Below are positions 9,808-18,540 of a stretch of DNA of 64,000 nt, one piece after another. The notes under the pieces were generated by a model that did no database searches, was not told the DNA's origin, and saw only the letters and a list, made by a program, of their open reading frames with translations. How positions within the stretch are numbered: the stretch's first letter is position 1; each line of letters begins with the position of its first letter. The stretch is taken from the IMG/VR virus record IMGVR_UViG_3300011635_000012; one strand, written 5' to 3'. The DNA is from an uncultured virus (IMG/VR IMGVR_UViG_3300011635_000012) (lineage: Duplodnaviria; Heunggongvirae; Uroviricota; Caudoviricetes). Made by a program: the position numbers and the translations under genes.

Positions 9808-10026
9808 ATGAAATTGAATGAATTTGCTGCAGGTCTTACTAAAGACGGACTACTTGTTTTGTGTCTGTCTGACGGTGAAATAACCGACTATGTTGTCAGC
9901 AACAATGCTGCGCGCACACTGATACGGCGTAAAGGTAACAGGCTGTCTGCCCAGGTTATCAGTGATGATGAGCGGATTGTAAACCTTAACTCCCTGCCGG
10001 ATGCACTTAAGGTTCTCAAGCAATAA
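9808..10026 (+). CDS. Hypothetical phage protein
   Basis: ORF with AGGGA RBS. Confidence 0.5.
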   Translation: MKLNEFAAGLTKDGLLVLCLSDGEITDYVVSNNAARTLIRRKGNRLSAQVISDDERIVNLNSLPDALKVLKQ

Positions 10027-10170
10027 GCGTTGATTTATAATAATCAAACGGGCTGAACACCCACTGATTACTGCGCCAACCTGAGGAATCAAAATGGCGC
10101 AGAGCATTACCATAAATCACTCACACCGCCCATTCGCGCGCGGTGTTTCTGCTTATGCTGGTGGTCCAGC

Positions 10171-10467
10171 ATGAAGAAAGCAGATAGCCTCCATCTTTCA
10201 CGTGTGGCCGCACTGGGCTGCATCGTGTGCAGAAACCAGAACCTGGGCGAGACGCCTGCGGAAATTCACCATATCCGAACCGGTCAGGGCACCAGTCAAC
10301 GTGCTGACCATCGGAAATCAATTCCCCTGTGCCATATGCACCACCGCAACGGCGGTTACGGTGTCGCGATTCATGCTGGCCGCCGCGCCTGGGAAATGAA
10401 GTACGGCACTGAAGCTGAACTGCTGGTGCAGGTGCTTTACCTGCTTGGGGAACCCGCCGATGCATAA
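10171..10467 (+). CDS. Ref/DUF968-like HNH nuclease
   Basis: CIVC, EIHH, IPLCHMHH. Confidence 0.75.
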   Translation: MKKADSLHLSRVAALGCIVCRNQNLGETPAEIHHIRTGQGTSQRADHRKSIPLCHMHHRNGGYGVAIHAGRRAWEMKYGTEAELLVQVLYLLGEPADA

Positions 10468-11836
10468 AGCAGTCAATTACGGCTCTGTTTGCAGCGGCAT
10501 CGAGGCCGCCAGCGTGGCATGGCATTGTTTGGGCTGGCAGCCAGTATGGTTCGCTGAGATAGAAAAATTCCCCTCTGCTGTTCTGGCGTACCGCTGGCCG
10601 GATGTCGTCAACCTGGGCGACATGACCCAAATCGCCGCAGCAATCCGTGCCGGAAAAATCGACGCACCTGATGTGCTGGTGGGGGGAACCCCTTGCCAGG
10701 CGTTCAGCGTAGCGGGTTTACGTAATGGGCTGGCTGACGAACGCGGCCAGTTAACTTTGGCTTTTGTGGAACTGGTTAATGCTATCGATGAAAAACGCAG
10801 AGGACAGGGAAAACCTCCCGTCATCGTCGTCTGGGAAAACGTCCCCGGCGTATTCAGCAGCAAAGATAACGCTTTCGGATGTTTTCTTGCAGGGCTTGCC
10901 GGCGAAAGCTGCGCGCTGGAATCACCAGGGAAGCGATGGTCAAACGCTGGTTATGTGCTGGGACCAGAAAGAGCTATTGCCTGGCGAGTGCTCGACGCTC
11001 AATTTTTCGGAGTGGCCCAACGACGCAGACGTGTGTTTGTTGTCGCAACAGCTCGAGGTGATATCGATCCCGCAAAAATTCTTTTTGAGTCCGAAGGCCT
11101 GCGCCGGAATTCTCCGCCGTGCAGAAAAAAGGAAAAGGCAGTTGCCGCCCTTACTTCAAACGGCGTTGGAGTACGTGGTGCAGACGACAACCAGGCGCAA
11201 GCCGGACATCTGATCCCCGAATGTGTTACCGGCGATATCAGCCACACCCTGAAAGCGGAGGGCTTCGACGGTAGCGAGGACGGCACCGGGAAAGGGACAC
11301 CGATTATCGCGATGGCGCACGGGCAGGGGGGCGCTGAGATTAAAACCGATGATACAGCGCCAACACTGACCTGTAATCACGAAGCACCAATCGTATTTAG
11401 CAGTAACGGGCATGCATCTTTCGCGCTGGGAGTGAGTGCTTTACGGGCTAAGCCGGGCGCTGATCATGAAACGCTGGCCGTTCATGGAACCCAGGATCCG
11501 GATTGCAATAGCGAAATAGCCCACACTCTCGGGCGCAATCATGGACAGGAGAATGCAGTGCACGCTTCTGGTATGGCCGTTCGCCGCCTGACTCCTGTCG
11601 AGTGCGAACGCCTGCAGGGCTTCCCAGATAACCACACCTTGATCCCCACACAAAAACGTAAACAACTCACCGCTGAAGAATACGCCTACCTGCGGCACCA
11701 CCGGCCAGAACTGACTGCAGAACAGGCTTACCGCCTGGCCGCTGATGGACCGCGCTATAAAGCGATCGGAAACTCAATGGCCGTACCGGTTATGCGGTGG
11801 ATTGGTTCCCGCATACAGGAGGCGCTGCGTGCATAA
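10460..11836 (+). CDS. DNA cytosine-C5 methyltransferase
   Basis: SVCSGI, GGTPCQ, WENVPG, QRRRRVF, RRLTPVECERLQGFP, YKAIGNS. Confidence 0.93.
   Translation: MHKAVNYGSVCSGIEAASVAWHCLGWQPVWFAEIEKFPSAVLAYRWPDVVNLGDMTQIAAAIRAGKIDAPDVLVGGTPCQAFSVAGLRNGLADERGQLTLAFVELVNAIDEKRRGQGKPPVIVVWENVPGVFSSKDNAFGCFLAGLAGESCALESPGKRWSNAGYVLGPERAIAWRVLDAQFFGVAQRRRRVFVVATARGDIDPAKILFESEGLRRNSPPCRKKEKAVAALTSNGVGVRGADDNQAQAGHLIPECVTGDISHTLKAEGFDGSEDGTGKGTPIIAMAHGQGGAEIKTDDTAPTLTCNHEAPIVFSSNGHASFALGVSALRAKPGADHETLAVHGTQDPDCNSEIAHTLGRNHGQENAVHASGMAVRRLTPVECERLQGFPDNHTLIPTQKRKQLTAEEYAYLRHHRPELTAEQAYRLAADGPRYKAIGNSMAVPVMRWIGSRIQEALRA
10764..11213 (+). CDS. Nested out-of-frame ORF, probable methylase beta polypeptide
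   Basis: LSQQLE..IPQKFFLSPKACAGILRRAEKR..LP; exact start uncertain. Confidence 0.55.
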   Translation: MWNWLMLSMKNAEDRENLPSSSSGKTSPAYSAAKITLSDVFLQGLPAKAARWNHQGSDGQTLVMCWDQKELLPGECSTLNFSEWPNDADVCLLSQQLEVISIPQKFFLSPKACAGILRRAEKRKRQLPPLLQTALEYVVQTTTRRKPDI

Positions 11837-12185
11837 ATACATCATTACCCCAGTCGGAAAACCCCGCATGACCCGCGCTGATAAGTGGAAGCAGCGCCCG
11901 CCGGTGATGCGCTATCGCATGTTCTGCGATGAAGCCCGACTGCATGGCATCCGGGTGCCTGAGAGCGGCGCCCATATCACCTTCGTTTTGCCTATGCCAC
12001 AGAGCTGGAGCAAGAAAAAGCGCGCGTCTATGGACGGCCTGCCACACCAGCAAAAGCCTGATCTGGACAACTTAACAAAATCTCTGTTGGACGCCTTGTT
12101 TGAGGATGATTCCCACATTTGGGACGCCCGGACATCAAAAATTTGGGGCGAAACCGGAATGATAATTATCGAGGACATGAAATGA
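11829..12185 (+). CDS. rusA: RusA-like Holliday junction resolvase
   Basis: KPDLDNLTKSLLDAL..DDS. Confidence 0.85.
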   Translation: MHKYIITPVGKPRMTRADKWKQRPPVMRYRMFCDEARLHGIRVPESGAHITFVLPMPQSWSKKKRASMDGLPHQQKPDLDNLTKSLLDALFEDDSHIWDARTSKIWGETGMIIIEDMK

Positions 12186-12787
12186 CGCCACGCCAGAAAC
12201 GCCAGTATCTTGAAGGGCTGGGAAAAACAGCAATGGCACCACGTAAGAGCTGGCTTGGGAAAAGTATTCTCCTGAATGATGTCCAGTCCGGGTGGATTAA
12301 ATCGCTACTTACCGTGTGGGGCGAATGTGTTCGCGGCGGAACCGCCCCGGCGAAACCGTGTGGGCATTCGTGCTGGCAAGTGATCAGGGGGAAGAACTGG
12401 TCAGATAAAGCGCTTGAACGTTTTACTGCCGCACTGAACCAGGCAAGGGAGGAGGGTTACCGCGGCGAACAGGCAATGCGGCGGGCACGCTCGATACTCT
12501 GGCCTGAACCAGCGGCCAGCGTAATTGATGAGGCTATGACTCTTGATGATGCTGAGTTCATGGAGGACGTGGTGCTGCAGGCGTTTGATTTGAAGGATCC
12601 GGTTTATATCGTCGGGTGCCAGTATTACACCACTCGAAAAAAAATATCGGACATCACCAGAGATCTGCAGAGTATGGCGCCATGGCTTACGGATAACGAG
12701 GCCAGAAAGCGGGTGCGCTGGTGCCTGGAAATATTCAGGGCAAAGGTTTTTCTGTCGGCGCGGAATGCCCTTAAAGAAAATTCATGA
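12182..12787 (+). CDS. Late antiterminator Q-like protein
   Basis: Position directly before the late promoter/terminator and lysis genes; C-terminal HTH-like segment. Confidence 0.7.
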   Translation: MTPRQKRQYLEGLGKTAMAPRKSWLGKSILLNDVQSGWIKSLLTVWGECVRGGTAPAKPCGHSCWQVIRGKNWSDKALERFTAALNQAREEGYRGEQAMRRARSILWPEPAASVIDEAMTLDDAEFMEDVVLQAFDLKDPVYIVGCQYYTTRKKISDITRDLQSMAPWLTDNEARKRVRWCLEIFRAKVFLSARNALKENS

Positions 12788-12828
12788 AAATCATTTTTAG
12801 CGAAAAGTGCTATTTGTGCGATGAAAGA

Positions 12829-12856
12829 TTGAAAACGGGCCAGAAAATCAGATAAT
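12829..12856 (+). promoter_or_regulatory. Late promoter pR'-like
   Basis: TTGAAA...GATAAT after Q, followed by a terminator. Confidence 0.5.
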
Positions 12857-12922
12857 CCATTCATGCTTGGCAGAGCTGCGCCACGATGGCAGCGATGTAA
12901 AGCGACAATTTGAAAAAACTCT

Positions 12923-12946
12923 AAACCCCGCCAGCCGGGGTTTTTT
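12923..12946 (+). terminator. tR'-like intrinsic terminator
   Basis: AAACCCCG-ccagc-CGGGGTTT plus T run. Confidence 0.8.
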
Positions 12947-13128
12947 GTTATCCGGCGATACGACAGGGGTATTCGCGAAGGTGCATTGCATCAGTACCCC
13001 TGTCATATCGCCGATCCCATCTGATTTACCTAATCCAAACATCTTTTTTGAGGGCTGCCATCCGGTGGCCTTTTTTCATTCCCCTCAATTTTTCTGAGAG
13101 GATTCACAGCAATAACAGAGGGGGCGTA

Positions 13129-13518
13129 ATGTCCGATCCATTAACCGGCACTGGAGCAGTTCTCGGGGGCGGCCTGTTGGGCTCAGTCCTGTACGGTGTC
13201 TTTACTCATACAGATTTCGGCGTGGTGTTTGGAGCGTTTGGTGGTGCGGTGTTTTACGTCGCGACAGCTGCAAACCTTACGCGTGCTCGCCTGGCTGCAT
13301 ATTTTCTGACTTCATTCATTGTTGGAGTGCTTGGTGCCGGGTTTGTAGGCTCATGGCTAAATGCTGCATCGAATTATGAAAAACCACTGGATGCACTCGG
13401 TGCAGTGATTCTGTCTGCGCTGTGTATAAAAATCCTAACTTTTCTTAATAACCAGGATTTGAACAGCCTGTTCGGCTTTTTCTCACGATTACGCGGAGGA
13501 GGGGGAAATGGTAATTGA
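13129..13518 (+). CDS. Putative holin
   Basis: Multiple TM segments, first lysis gene. Confidence 0.75.
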   Translation: MSDPLTGTGAVLGGGLLGSVLYGVFTHTDFGVVFGAFGGAVFYVATAANLTRARLAAYFLTSFIVGVLGAGFVGSWLNAASNYEKPLDALGAVILSALCIKILTFLNNQDLNSLFGFFSRLRGGGGNGN

Positions 13519-13786
13519 CCCGTCAGCTGTCTTTAATGCGTTTATCTGCTCGGTGATCGTCGTCGTTCTGATGTTCTACCAGCGCCATGGTGCCCGGCAC
13601 CGTCCTTTCATCTCAATCCTGGCGTATATAACCATCCTGATTTACGCAGTAATCCCGTGGCAATTCATCTTCGGTCTCTATCGTGACTCCAGTTGGCTGG
13701 TGGTGGTGGCAAACCTCCTGATATGCGCAGCTGTTATGAAGGTCCGGGGAAATCTGGCGCGTCTGGTTGATCTTCTGAGGCACTAA
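13508..13786 (+). CDS. Holin-family membrane protein
   Basis: 3 TM segments, RGNLARL end. Confidence 0.75.
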   Translation: MVIDPSAVFNAFICSVIVVVLMFYQRHGARHRPFISILAYITILIYAVIPWQFIFGLYRDSSWLVVVANLLICAAVMKVRGNLARLVDLLRH

Positions 13787-14415
13787 TGAACCAAATACTA
13801 TTTCAAAAGGCGGCTGGCATTAGCGCCGGGCTCGCTTTGCGCTGGTTTCAGCATATCGATGCTGCAATGAAGGAATTCGGCATCACGGCGCCGCTCGATC
13901 AGGCCATGTTCATCGCACAGATGGGGCATGAGTCCACGGGATTTACCCGGCTGGTGGAAAACCTGAATTACGCGGCTGAAAACTTAGTGCCTACATTCGG
14001 CAGACACCGCATTACTCCCCAGCAGGCCGCCGCGCTCGGCAGAACGGCAACTCAACCGGCAAACCAGAAAGCGATAGCAAATCTGGTTTACGGCGGTGAG
14101 TGGGGCAAAAAGAACCTGGGGAACCAGGTTGCTGGTGATGGCTGGAAATATCGCGGTCGCGGCCTGAAGCAAATCACCGGGCTAAGCAATTACCGCAACT
14201 GTGGCCACGCGCTGAAGCTGGACCTTGTAACACAGCCTGAATTGCTGGAACAGGATGAATATGCTGCTCGCTCAGCTGCATGGTTCTATGTCTCGCACGG
14301 CTGTTTGCTTCATTCCGGCGATGTGGAGCGCGTCACGCTGATTATTAATGGCGGCCGTAAAGGTCTGGATAAACGCCGCGTGCTGTTTAACCAGGCGAAA
14401 TCAGTGCTGGTATGA
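13786..14415 (+). CDS. Endolysin, glycoside hydrolase 19
   Basis: AQMGHES, ENLNY, GDGWKYRGRGLKQITG. Confidence 0.9.
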   Translation: MNQILFQKAAGISAGLALRWFQHIDAAMKEFGITAPLDQAMFIAQMGHESTGFTRLVENLNYAAENLVPTFGRHRITPQQAAALGRTATQPANQKAIANLVYGGEWGKKNLGNQVAGDGWKYRGRGLKQITGLSNYRNCGHALKLDLVTQPELLEQDEYAARSAAWFYVSHGCLLHSGDVERVTLIINGGRKGLDKRRVLFNQAKSVLV

Positions 14416-14422
14416 GGTTGCT

Positions 14423-14698
14423 ATGGGGTTTGAAACTTTAATTAGTATTGCTGCAGCAGTCATTGCCGCCATCGCTGGTGCTTTCGGTCTGGGTCATATC
14501 CGCGGCACCAGCAAAGCTGAATCAAAAGCAGACCAGCAGCGAACCGAAGATAACGCCGCGGCCACGGTCGCTGCGGCAGAGCGCCGGGTTGAAGCAACGA
14601 AAGAGGCCAGCGATGTACAGCAGACTGTTAACCATATGCCTGGCGACGACGTTGATCGCGAGCTGCGTGACTCGTGGCAGCGCCCCGGTGGTAGTTGA
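14423..14698 (+). CDS. Inner-membrane spanin (Rz-like)
   Basis: N-terminal TM plus coiled coil. Confidence 0.7.
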   Translation: MGFETLISIAAAVIAAIAGAFGLGHIRGTSKAESKADQQRTEDNAAATVAAAERRVEATKEASDVQQTVNHMPGDDVDRELRDSWQRPGGS

Positions 14699-14828
14699 TA
14701 CCGCCTGTGACTGGGTAAAGCCAATCTACCTGACCGATCATGACATTGATGTGCTGGATAAGCAGACGAAGAAAGACATCCTGTCGCATAACAAAGCGTG
14801 GCAGGCGAACTGCCAGCCCAATAAATAG
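14613..14828 (+). CDS. Outer-membrane spanin lipoprotein (Rz1-like)
   Basis: Overlapping frame, lipobox LIAS-C. Confidence 0.75.
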   Translation: MYSRLLTICLATTLIASCVTRGSAPVVVDTACDWVKPIYLTDHDIDVLDKQTKKDILSHNKAWQANCQPNK

Positions 14829-14920
14829 CGAGCCTCACAATAACCACTTTTACTCAGCATCTCAGAAGATCTGGTTGTTGATAGTTGTTATGTTAATGCT
14901 TTCAATGTGAGGGCAAAAAC

Positions 14921-15157
14921 ATGCACGATTCTGAAGTGACAATTAATGATCTTTATTTGACGGCGAAAGAATATTTCCCACATGGGCTCATGCGAGTAGA
15001 GTTATGGGATATTGGAGTTAAATTTATATGGGTAGATCGAGACAATGATAATCAAGAGCGCTCGGCATTTCTTCAGGCCTCTCTTAAGGATCTTTCCTTA
15101 AGCCAGGTCAGAGGATTTCTGGACGCTGAGACTCAGGAAGACCAAGTCAGCCAGTGA
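14921..15157 (+). CDS. Moron, hypothetical protein
   Basis: Lower GC, own RBS, terminator follows. Confidence 0.6.
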   Translation: MHDSEVTINDLYLTAKEYFPHGLMRVELWDIGVKFIWVDRDNDNQERSAFLQASLKDLSLSQVRGFLDAETQEDQVSQ

Positions 15158-15163
15158 TAAACA

Positions 15164-15187
15164 GACCGCCTCCGGGCGGTTTTTTTA
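15164..15187 (+). terminator. Intrinsic terminator
   Basis: ACCGCC-tccg-GGCGGT plus T run. Confidence 0.8.
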
Positions 15188-15203
15188 TGTCAGGAGAAAC
15201 ACA

Positions 15204-15465
15204 ATGAACCAATAAAGCGGATAGACCGCAGCCGAAAGGCAATGCAGCAGTCATGATGCTGCCCCGAGTCGCGTAATAGCGAGCCTGTGTAGTGATGGGT
15301 AAGGGTTCATAGATTAAAACAAGCTACGGTAGAGCAGCGCGAACGCCAGACGCGCACCGGTTATCAGCGGCGAAAGAGCGACAGCACCTCAAGGGCATGA
15401 GCGTGGCCACTCCGGGAAGTGGCAGCCATTACAAAGCTCATCTGCGGGTGGGCTTGATAATGGTC
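15204..15465 (+). ncRNA. Putative structured RNA upstream of cos
   Basis: Dense nested hairpins including a GAAA tetraloop; no credible ORF. Confidence 0.4.
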
Positions 15466-15579
15466 ATCCCCACAAGCGGATAAGGCAACCATGGTCAGCG
15501 CTTACGAGAAGCAATAGACGTTTAGACGTCTAAATAAGTGCCTTCTCATGGTTGCACGTGATAATTATTATCATTTAAT

Positions 15580-15670
15580 GGGTCCTCCCGGTGGGGTGGC
15601 CTGCCACGGGGCGGCTGGCGCGCGGAAAACGGCTAGTTTTTGCGATCTAGGGTCATCATCATCATTTATG
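15580..15670 (+). other. Helper cos site (cosQ 15580-15586; predicted cohesive end GGGCGGCTGGCG 15609-15620)
   Basis: GGGTCCT...CCACG GGGCGGCTGGCG CGCG parallels lambda cosQ/cosN; directly upstream of the small terminase. Confidence 0.85.
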
Positions 15671-15737
15671 CAGGCCTTTGATTTGTTTAAAGGCCGTTTT
15701 CGCAAGATGTCGAATCGTTTAAAAAGTGTTCACCATC

Positions 15738-16226
15738 ATGGACCAGGAAATCGCCGCATTAAAACTGAATATCAACCAGCTTGCCGGGATAACCGGCGTA
15801 CACCGTCAGACGGTTGCCGCGAGGTTGAAAAATGTCGAACCTGCGCCAGGCAGCAACAGCAAATTAAAGCTCTATCTGGTTACAGACATTCTGACCGAAC
15901 TGATGATCCCCACCGTGTCGACGAATATCGACGATATGGATCCATCCGACAGGCTCGCTCACTGGAAAGCAGAGAACGAGAGGCTGAAGTTTGAACAAGA
16001 TACGGGGCAGTTAATACCCGCTGATGAAGTGGCGCGTGAATTCTCATTGATGGCGAAAGCCGTCGTCATGGTACTTGAAACTCTCCCTGACATACTCGAA
16101 CGCGACTGCGCATTAACGCCGACTGCGGTTTCCCGCGTACAAAACGTTATCGATGATCTGCGCGACCAGATGGCGGAGAGGGTGAAGGACGCTGAAACAG
16201 AGGAGGAAGAGCCAGAGGAGGACTGA
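15738..16226 (+). CDS. Terminase small subunit (Nu1/DUF1441-like)
   Basis: wHTH INQLAGITGVHRQTV; position after cos. Confidence 0.88.
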   Translation: MDQEIAALKLNINQLAGITGVHRQTVAARLKNVEPAPGSNSKLKLYLVTDILTELMIPTVSTNIDDMDPSDRLAHWKAENERLKFEQDTGQLIPADEVAREFSLMAKAVVMVLETLPDILERDCALTPTAVSRVQNVIDDLRDQMAERVKDAETEEEEPEED

Positions 16227-18328
16227 TGGCAAAGCGGGCATCCGCCAGGGGCATCCGCCGCGATGTTTCCGGTATTTTACGTGCCCCGCGTCGTATGCCG
16301 GTGGCCGATGCGGTCGGTACATATATGCGCGTGCCAATGGGGGCAGGAAACTCCGTTCCATGGGACCCGGATCTTGCACCTTATGTGATTGAGCCGATGA
16401 ATTGCCTGGCCTCGCGTGAATACGATGCGGTTGTGTTTGTTGGCCCGGCGCGAACGGGTAAAACCATCGGGCTGATTGACGGATGGATTGTCTATAACAT
16501 CGTCTGCGATCCGGCAGATATGCTCGTCATTCAGGTATCAGAGGAAAAGGCGCGCGAGCATTCAAAAAAACGTCTTGACCGTACTTTTCGCTGCAGCCCT
16601 GAAGTTAAAAACCGGTTAAGTCCGAGGCGTAACGATAATAACGTCTACGATCGTACATTCCGCGCCGGTAACTATCTGAAGCTAGGCTGGCCATCCGTCA
16701 ATATTATGTCGTCCTCTGACTATAAAAGTGTGGCGCTGACGGATTACGACCGCTTTCCTGAAGATATCGACGGGGAGGGCGACGCTTTTTCACTGGCGTC
16801 GAAACGTACCACGACATTTATGTCCTCCGGGATGACGCTGGTTGAGAGTTCACCCGGCAGGGATATCAGAGACACAAAATGGCGGCGAACCACGCCTCAT
16901 GAAGCCCCTCCAACTACCGGAATTTTATCACTCTATAACCGTGGCGACCGCCGCCGCCTTTACTGGCCATGCCCGCATTGTGGGGAGTATTTCCAGCCGG
17001 AAATGGACAATATGACCGGATACCGCGACAGCAGCGATCCTGTGCTTGCCAGCGAAGCGGCGTTTCTTCAGTGCCCAGCCTGTAAAGGCAGGATCACACC
17101 GGACATGAAGCGTGCGCTGAACATGAAATGTGTCTGGCTCCGGGACGGGCAAACCATCGACAGTAAAGGCAAGGTTAGCGGTGACGGCCGTCGTTCCCGT
17201 ATTGCATCCTTCTGGATGGAAGGTCCGGCAGCTGCTTACCAGACCTGGGCGCAGCTTATTTATAAGTTCCTGACCGCCGAGCAGGAGTATGAATCCACGC
17301 GCAGCGAAGAAACCCTGAAGACGGTGATCAACACCGATTTCGGCAGGCCCTATTTGCCGCGGGCCAGCATGGAGCAGCGTAAAAGTGAATTGCTTGAGCA
17401 GCGTGCCGAAGAAGTCCCAAAACGCTCGGTACCGGACGGCGTGCAGTTTCTCACTGCGACCGTGGACGTGCAGGCCGGGCGCAACCGGCGCTTTGTTGTG
17501 CAGATTACGGGTTATGGAAGTATGGGTGAGCGCTGGATAGTTGACCGTTACAACATCCGGCATTCGCTGCGCTGCGACGGCAACGGGGAAAGCATTCAGG
17601 TTGACCCGGCGAGCTATCCGGAGGACTGGGATCTTTTACTCACCGACGTCTTTGATAAAACGTGGCCACTCGCAGCTGACCCGTCAAAGGGCATGCGGTT
17701 GATGTCGATGGCCCTGGACTCAGGGGGTGAAGATGGCGTGACGGATAATGCCTACAAATTCTGGCGCAGATGTCGTCGTGAAGGGCTGGGTAAGCGTATC
17801 TACCTCTTCAAGGGGGACAGCGTCAGGCGCAGCAAACTTATCCAGCGAACGTTTCCCGACAACACGGGCAGATCAACGCGCCGCGCACAGGCGACGGGTG
17901 ATGTGCCTCTTTATCTTCTTCAGACCGATGCCCTTAAAGACCGGGTGAATAATGCGCTGTGGCGTGATTCACCCGGCCCTGGCTATGTGCATTTCCCCGC
18001 CTGGCTGGGCAGCTGGTTCTATGACGAACTGACGTATGAGGAACGCTCGAATGAAGGGAAATGGAGTAAGCCCGGCCGGGGCGCAAACGAAGCATTTGAC
18101 CTGCTCGTTTATGCCGATGCGCTCGCCATCCTTAGTGGTTACGAAAAAATCAAATGGCCGTCAGCTCCTGAGTGGGCACGGCGGGAAACGTGGATCGAGG
18201 ACATGCAGACGGAAGCTGGCGAAATGCCATCCCCGCCGCCTGCGCCGAAATCTAAATCAAAACCAAAGCGTGAGAAGCCCGTAACCGAGCAGGCTAATCC
18301 GTGGTCTTCGTCAGGAGGTTGGGTGTGA
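16226..18328 (+). CDS. Terminase large subunit (gpA family)
   Basis: GPARTGKT, CPHC..CPAC, VDVQ, NEAFD. Confidence 0.95.
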   Translation: MAKRASARGIRRDVSGILRAPRRMPVADAVGTYMRVPMGAGNSVPWDPDLAPYVIEPMNCLASREYDAVVFVGPARTGKTIGLIDGWIVYNIVCDPADMLVIQVSEEKAREHSKKRLDRTFRCSPEVKNRLSPRRNDNNVYDRTFRAGNYLKLGWPSVNIMSSSDYKSVALTDYDRFPEDIDGEGDAFSLASKRTTTFMSSGMTLVESSPGRDIRDTKWRRTTPHEAPPTTGILSLYNRGDRRRLYWPCPHCGEYFQPEMDNMTGYRDSSDPVLASEAAFLQCPACKGRITPDMKRALNMKCVWLRDGQTIDSKGKVSGDGRRSRIASFWMEGPAAAYQTWAQLIYKFLTAEQEYESTRSEETLKTVINTDFGRPYLPRASMEQRKSELLEQRAEEVPKRSVPDGVQFLTATVDVQAGRNRRFVVQITGYGSMGERWIVDRYNIRHSLRCDGNGESIQVDPASYPEDWDLLLTDVFDKTWPLAADPSKGMRLMSMALDSGGEDGVTDNAYKFWRRCRREGLGKRIYLFKGDSVRRSKLIQRTFPDNTGRSTRRAQATGDVPLYLLQTDALKDRVNNALWRDSPGPGYVHFPAWLGSWFYDELTYEERSNEGKWSKPGRGANEAFDLLVYADALAILSGYEKIKWPSAPEWARRETWIEDMQTEAGEMPSPPPAPKSKSKPKREKPVTEQANPWSSSGGWV

Positions 18329-18540
18329 ATCCAGCAGATATTCAAAACATGATCGACCGCTACGCTGCAGCCGAGCTGTCTGTTCTGGAGGGGAAATCAA
18401 TCACTTTCAACGGGCAGCAGATGACGCTCGAAAACCTGTCGGAAATCAGAAAAGGCCGTCAGGAATGGGAGCGACGACTGGCAACGCTCAATAACAAACG
18501 CCGCGGGCGACCCGGCTACAGGCTGGCGAGGTTTGGATGA
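18325..18540 (+). CDS. Head-tail joining protein (gpW-like)
   Basis: Small ORF between terL and portal. Confidence 0.8.
   Translation: MNPADIQNMIDRYAAAELSVLEGKSITFNGQQMTLENLSEIRKGRQEWERRLATLNNKRRGRPGYRLARFG

Noticed and set aside
15559..15576. Fur-box-like GATAATTATTATC
   Set aside because: A similar palindrome precedes cosQ in lambda-type cos regions; no evidence for iron regulation here
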